A DNA stretch of 63,071 bases, filler included, from Aduncisulcus paluster (taxonomy: Eukaryota), in assembly GCA_024181965.1 (NCBI GenBank). It is 13 parts of 13 records of this genome, joined end to end, with 100 filler letters (N's around TTAATTAATTAA, not from the genome) between each part and the next. Parts side by side here need not be neighbours in the genome. Positions count along the whole stretch, not along the records: positions 61,141 to 63,071 come from BQXS01011768.1; 12 more parts are not named here. One strand, given 5' to 3'. The translations under genes were made by a program, and so were the position numbers. Shown here in pieces: positions 62,336 through 63,071 of this stretch; the stretch's first letter is position 1, and each line of letters begins with the position of its first letter. The notes below the pieces were generated by a model. The model searched no databases and was not told where the DNA came from. It saw only the letters and a program-made list of their open reading frames with translations.

Positions 62336-63070
62336 TTAAAAGAAATCAGCAAATGCATCATTCGCTGATCCCTCAACAGGTTTCTGTTCATCAAACACCC
62401 CAAACCAATCTTTACCAGTTTCGGTACTTTCATTACTAACTGGAATCTGATCAAAAGCCTCCCCGAAGGCACCATCAAAGGTATTATCAACTGGATTCTT
62501 TGTTGCAGATTCAGACGCATCAAAGCTGAATGCATCGTCAAGACTACCAACTCCAGACGGCTTCGATGCAGAACGAGGATCAGTTGGTGTTTCTTGCACA
62601 GGTCTGTCGGCTTCCTTTTCAAACTCAAAACACTCATTTATCTCTTCTTTCACCTCCTCAATTTCCTCTCCAAATTCAAATTCGAATGGTTCTTCCTTCT
62701 CTTCGTCTTCTGCCTTCTTCTCTTTCGTATTCTCTTCTCCAAATTCAAATTCGAATGGTTCTTCCTTCTCTCCGTCTTCTGCCTTCTTCTCTTTCGTATT
62801 CTCTTCTCCAAATTCAAATTCGAATGGTTCTTCCTTCTCTCCGTCTTCTGCCTTCTTCTCTTTCGTATTCTCTTCTCCAAATTCAAATTCGAATGGTTCT
62901 TCCTTCTCTCCGTCTTCTGCCTTCTTCTCTTTCGTATTCTCTTCTCCAAATTCAAATTCGAATGGTTCTTCCTTCTCTCCGTCTTCTGCCTTCTTCTCTT
63001 TCGTATTCTCTTCTCCAAATTCAAATTCGAATGGTTCTTCCTTCTCTCCGTCTTCTGCCTTCTTCTCTTT
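62336..63070 (-). CDS. Acidic low-complexity protein with 23-aa tandem repeats and FxxF/DAF motifs, 5'-partial
   Basis: The repeat KEKKAEDGEKEEPFEFEFGEENT is in frame with the 62653 ORF (DDAFSF, FGEAF, DWFGVF, DAFADFF). Confidence 0.6.
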   Translation of the reverse strand, partial: KEKKAEDGEKEEPFEFEFGEENTKEKKAEDGEKEEPFEFEFGEENTKEKKAEDGEKEEPFEFEFGEENTKEKKAEDGEKEEPFEFEFGEENTKEKKAEDGEKEEPFEFEFGEENTKEKKAEDEEKEEPFEFEFGEEIEEVKEEINECFEFEKEADRPVQETPTDPRSASKPSGVGSLDDAFSFDASESATKNPVDNTFDGAFGEAFDQIPVSNESTETGKDWFGVFDEQKPVEGSANDAFADFF

Positions 63071-63071
63071 C
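62668..63071. repeat. 69-bp coding tandem repeat, ~5.9 copies, runs off the window
   Basis: Direct near-perfect copies with period 69. Confidence 0.95.

Overview
Eukaryotic, AT-rich, intron-poor protist DNA. The window is not one locus: 13 contigs are joined by 12 artificial 100-bp spacers (N44-TTAATTAATTAA-N44), and there are four 20-N scaffold gaps with duplicated flanks. The gene content suggests a flagellated fornicate/metamonad, and the repeated-domain kinase family recalls Aduncisulcus-like organisms (from memory, not verified). Recognisable genes are an inner-arm axonemal dynein heavy chain (DNAH10-like), DBP4/DDX10 helicase, copine, a BPI/LBP-like protein, an importin-alpha IBB N-terminus, several kinases, three LRR/Cys-rich surface proteins, and TYW1 and CDC7-like pseudogene fragments. 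The most unusual items are: (1) a decayed RLE-type (R4-like) non-LTR retrotransposon whose RT half is inverted relative to its thumb/ZnF/endonuclease half, as expected for twin priming; (2) a GC-richer contig with a virus-like core protein (GG cleavage-like site plus amphipathic helix) beside a ~220-nt pseudoknot-capable structure; (3) a conserved hairpin-AGAAATAAAC-hairpin intergenic motif on three contigs; (4) (AGTAY)n-like pentamer scars in decayed DNA; (5) a candidate 25-nt intron.
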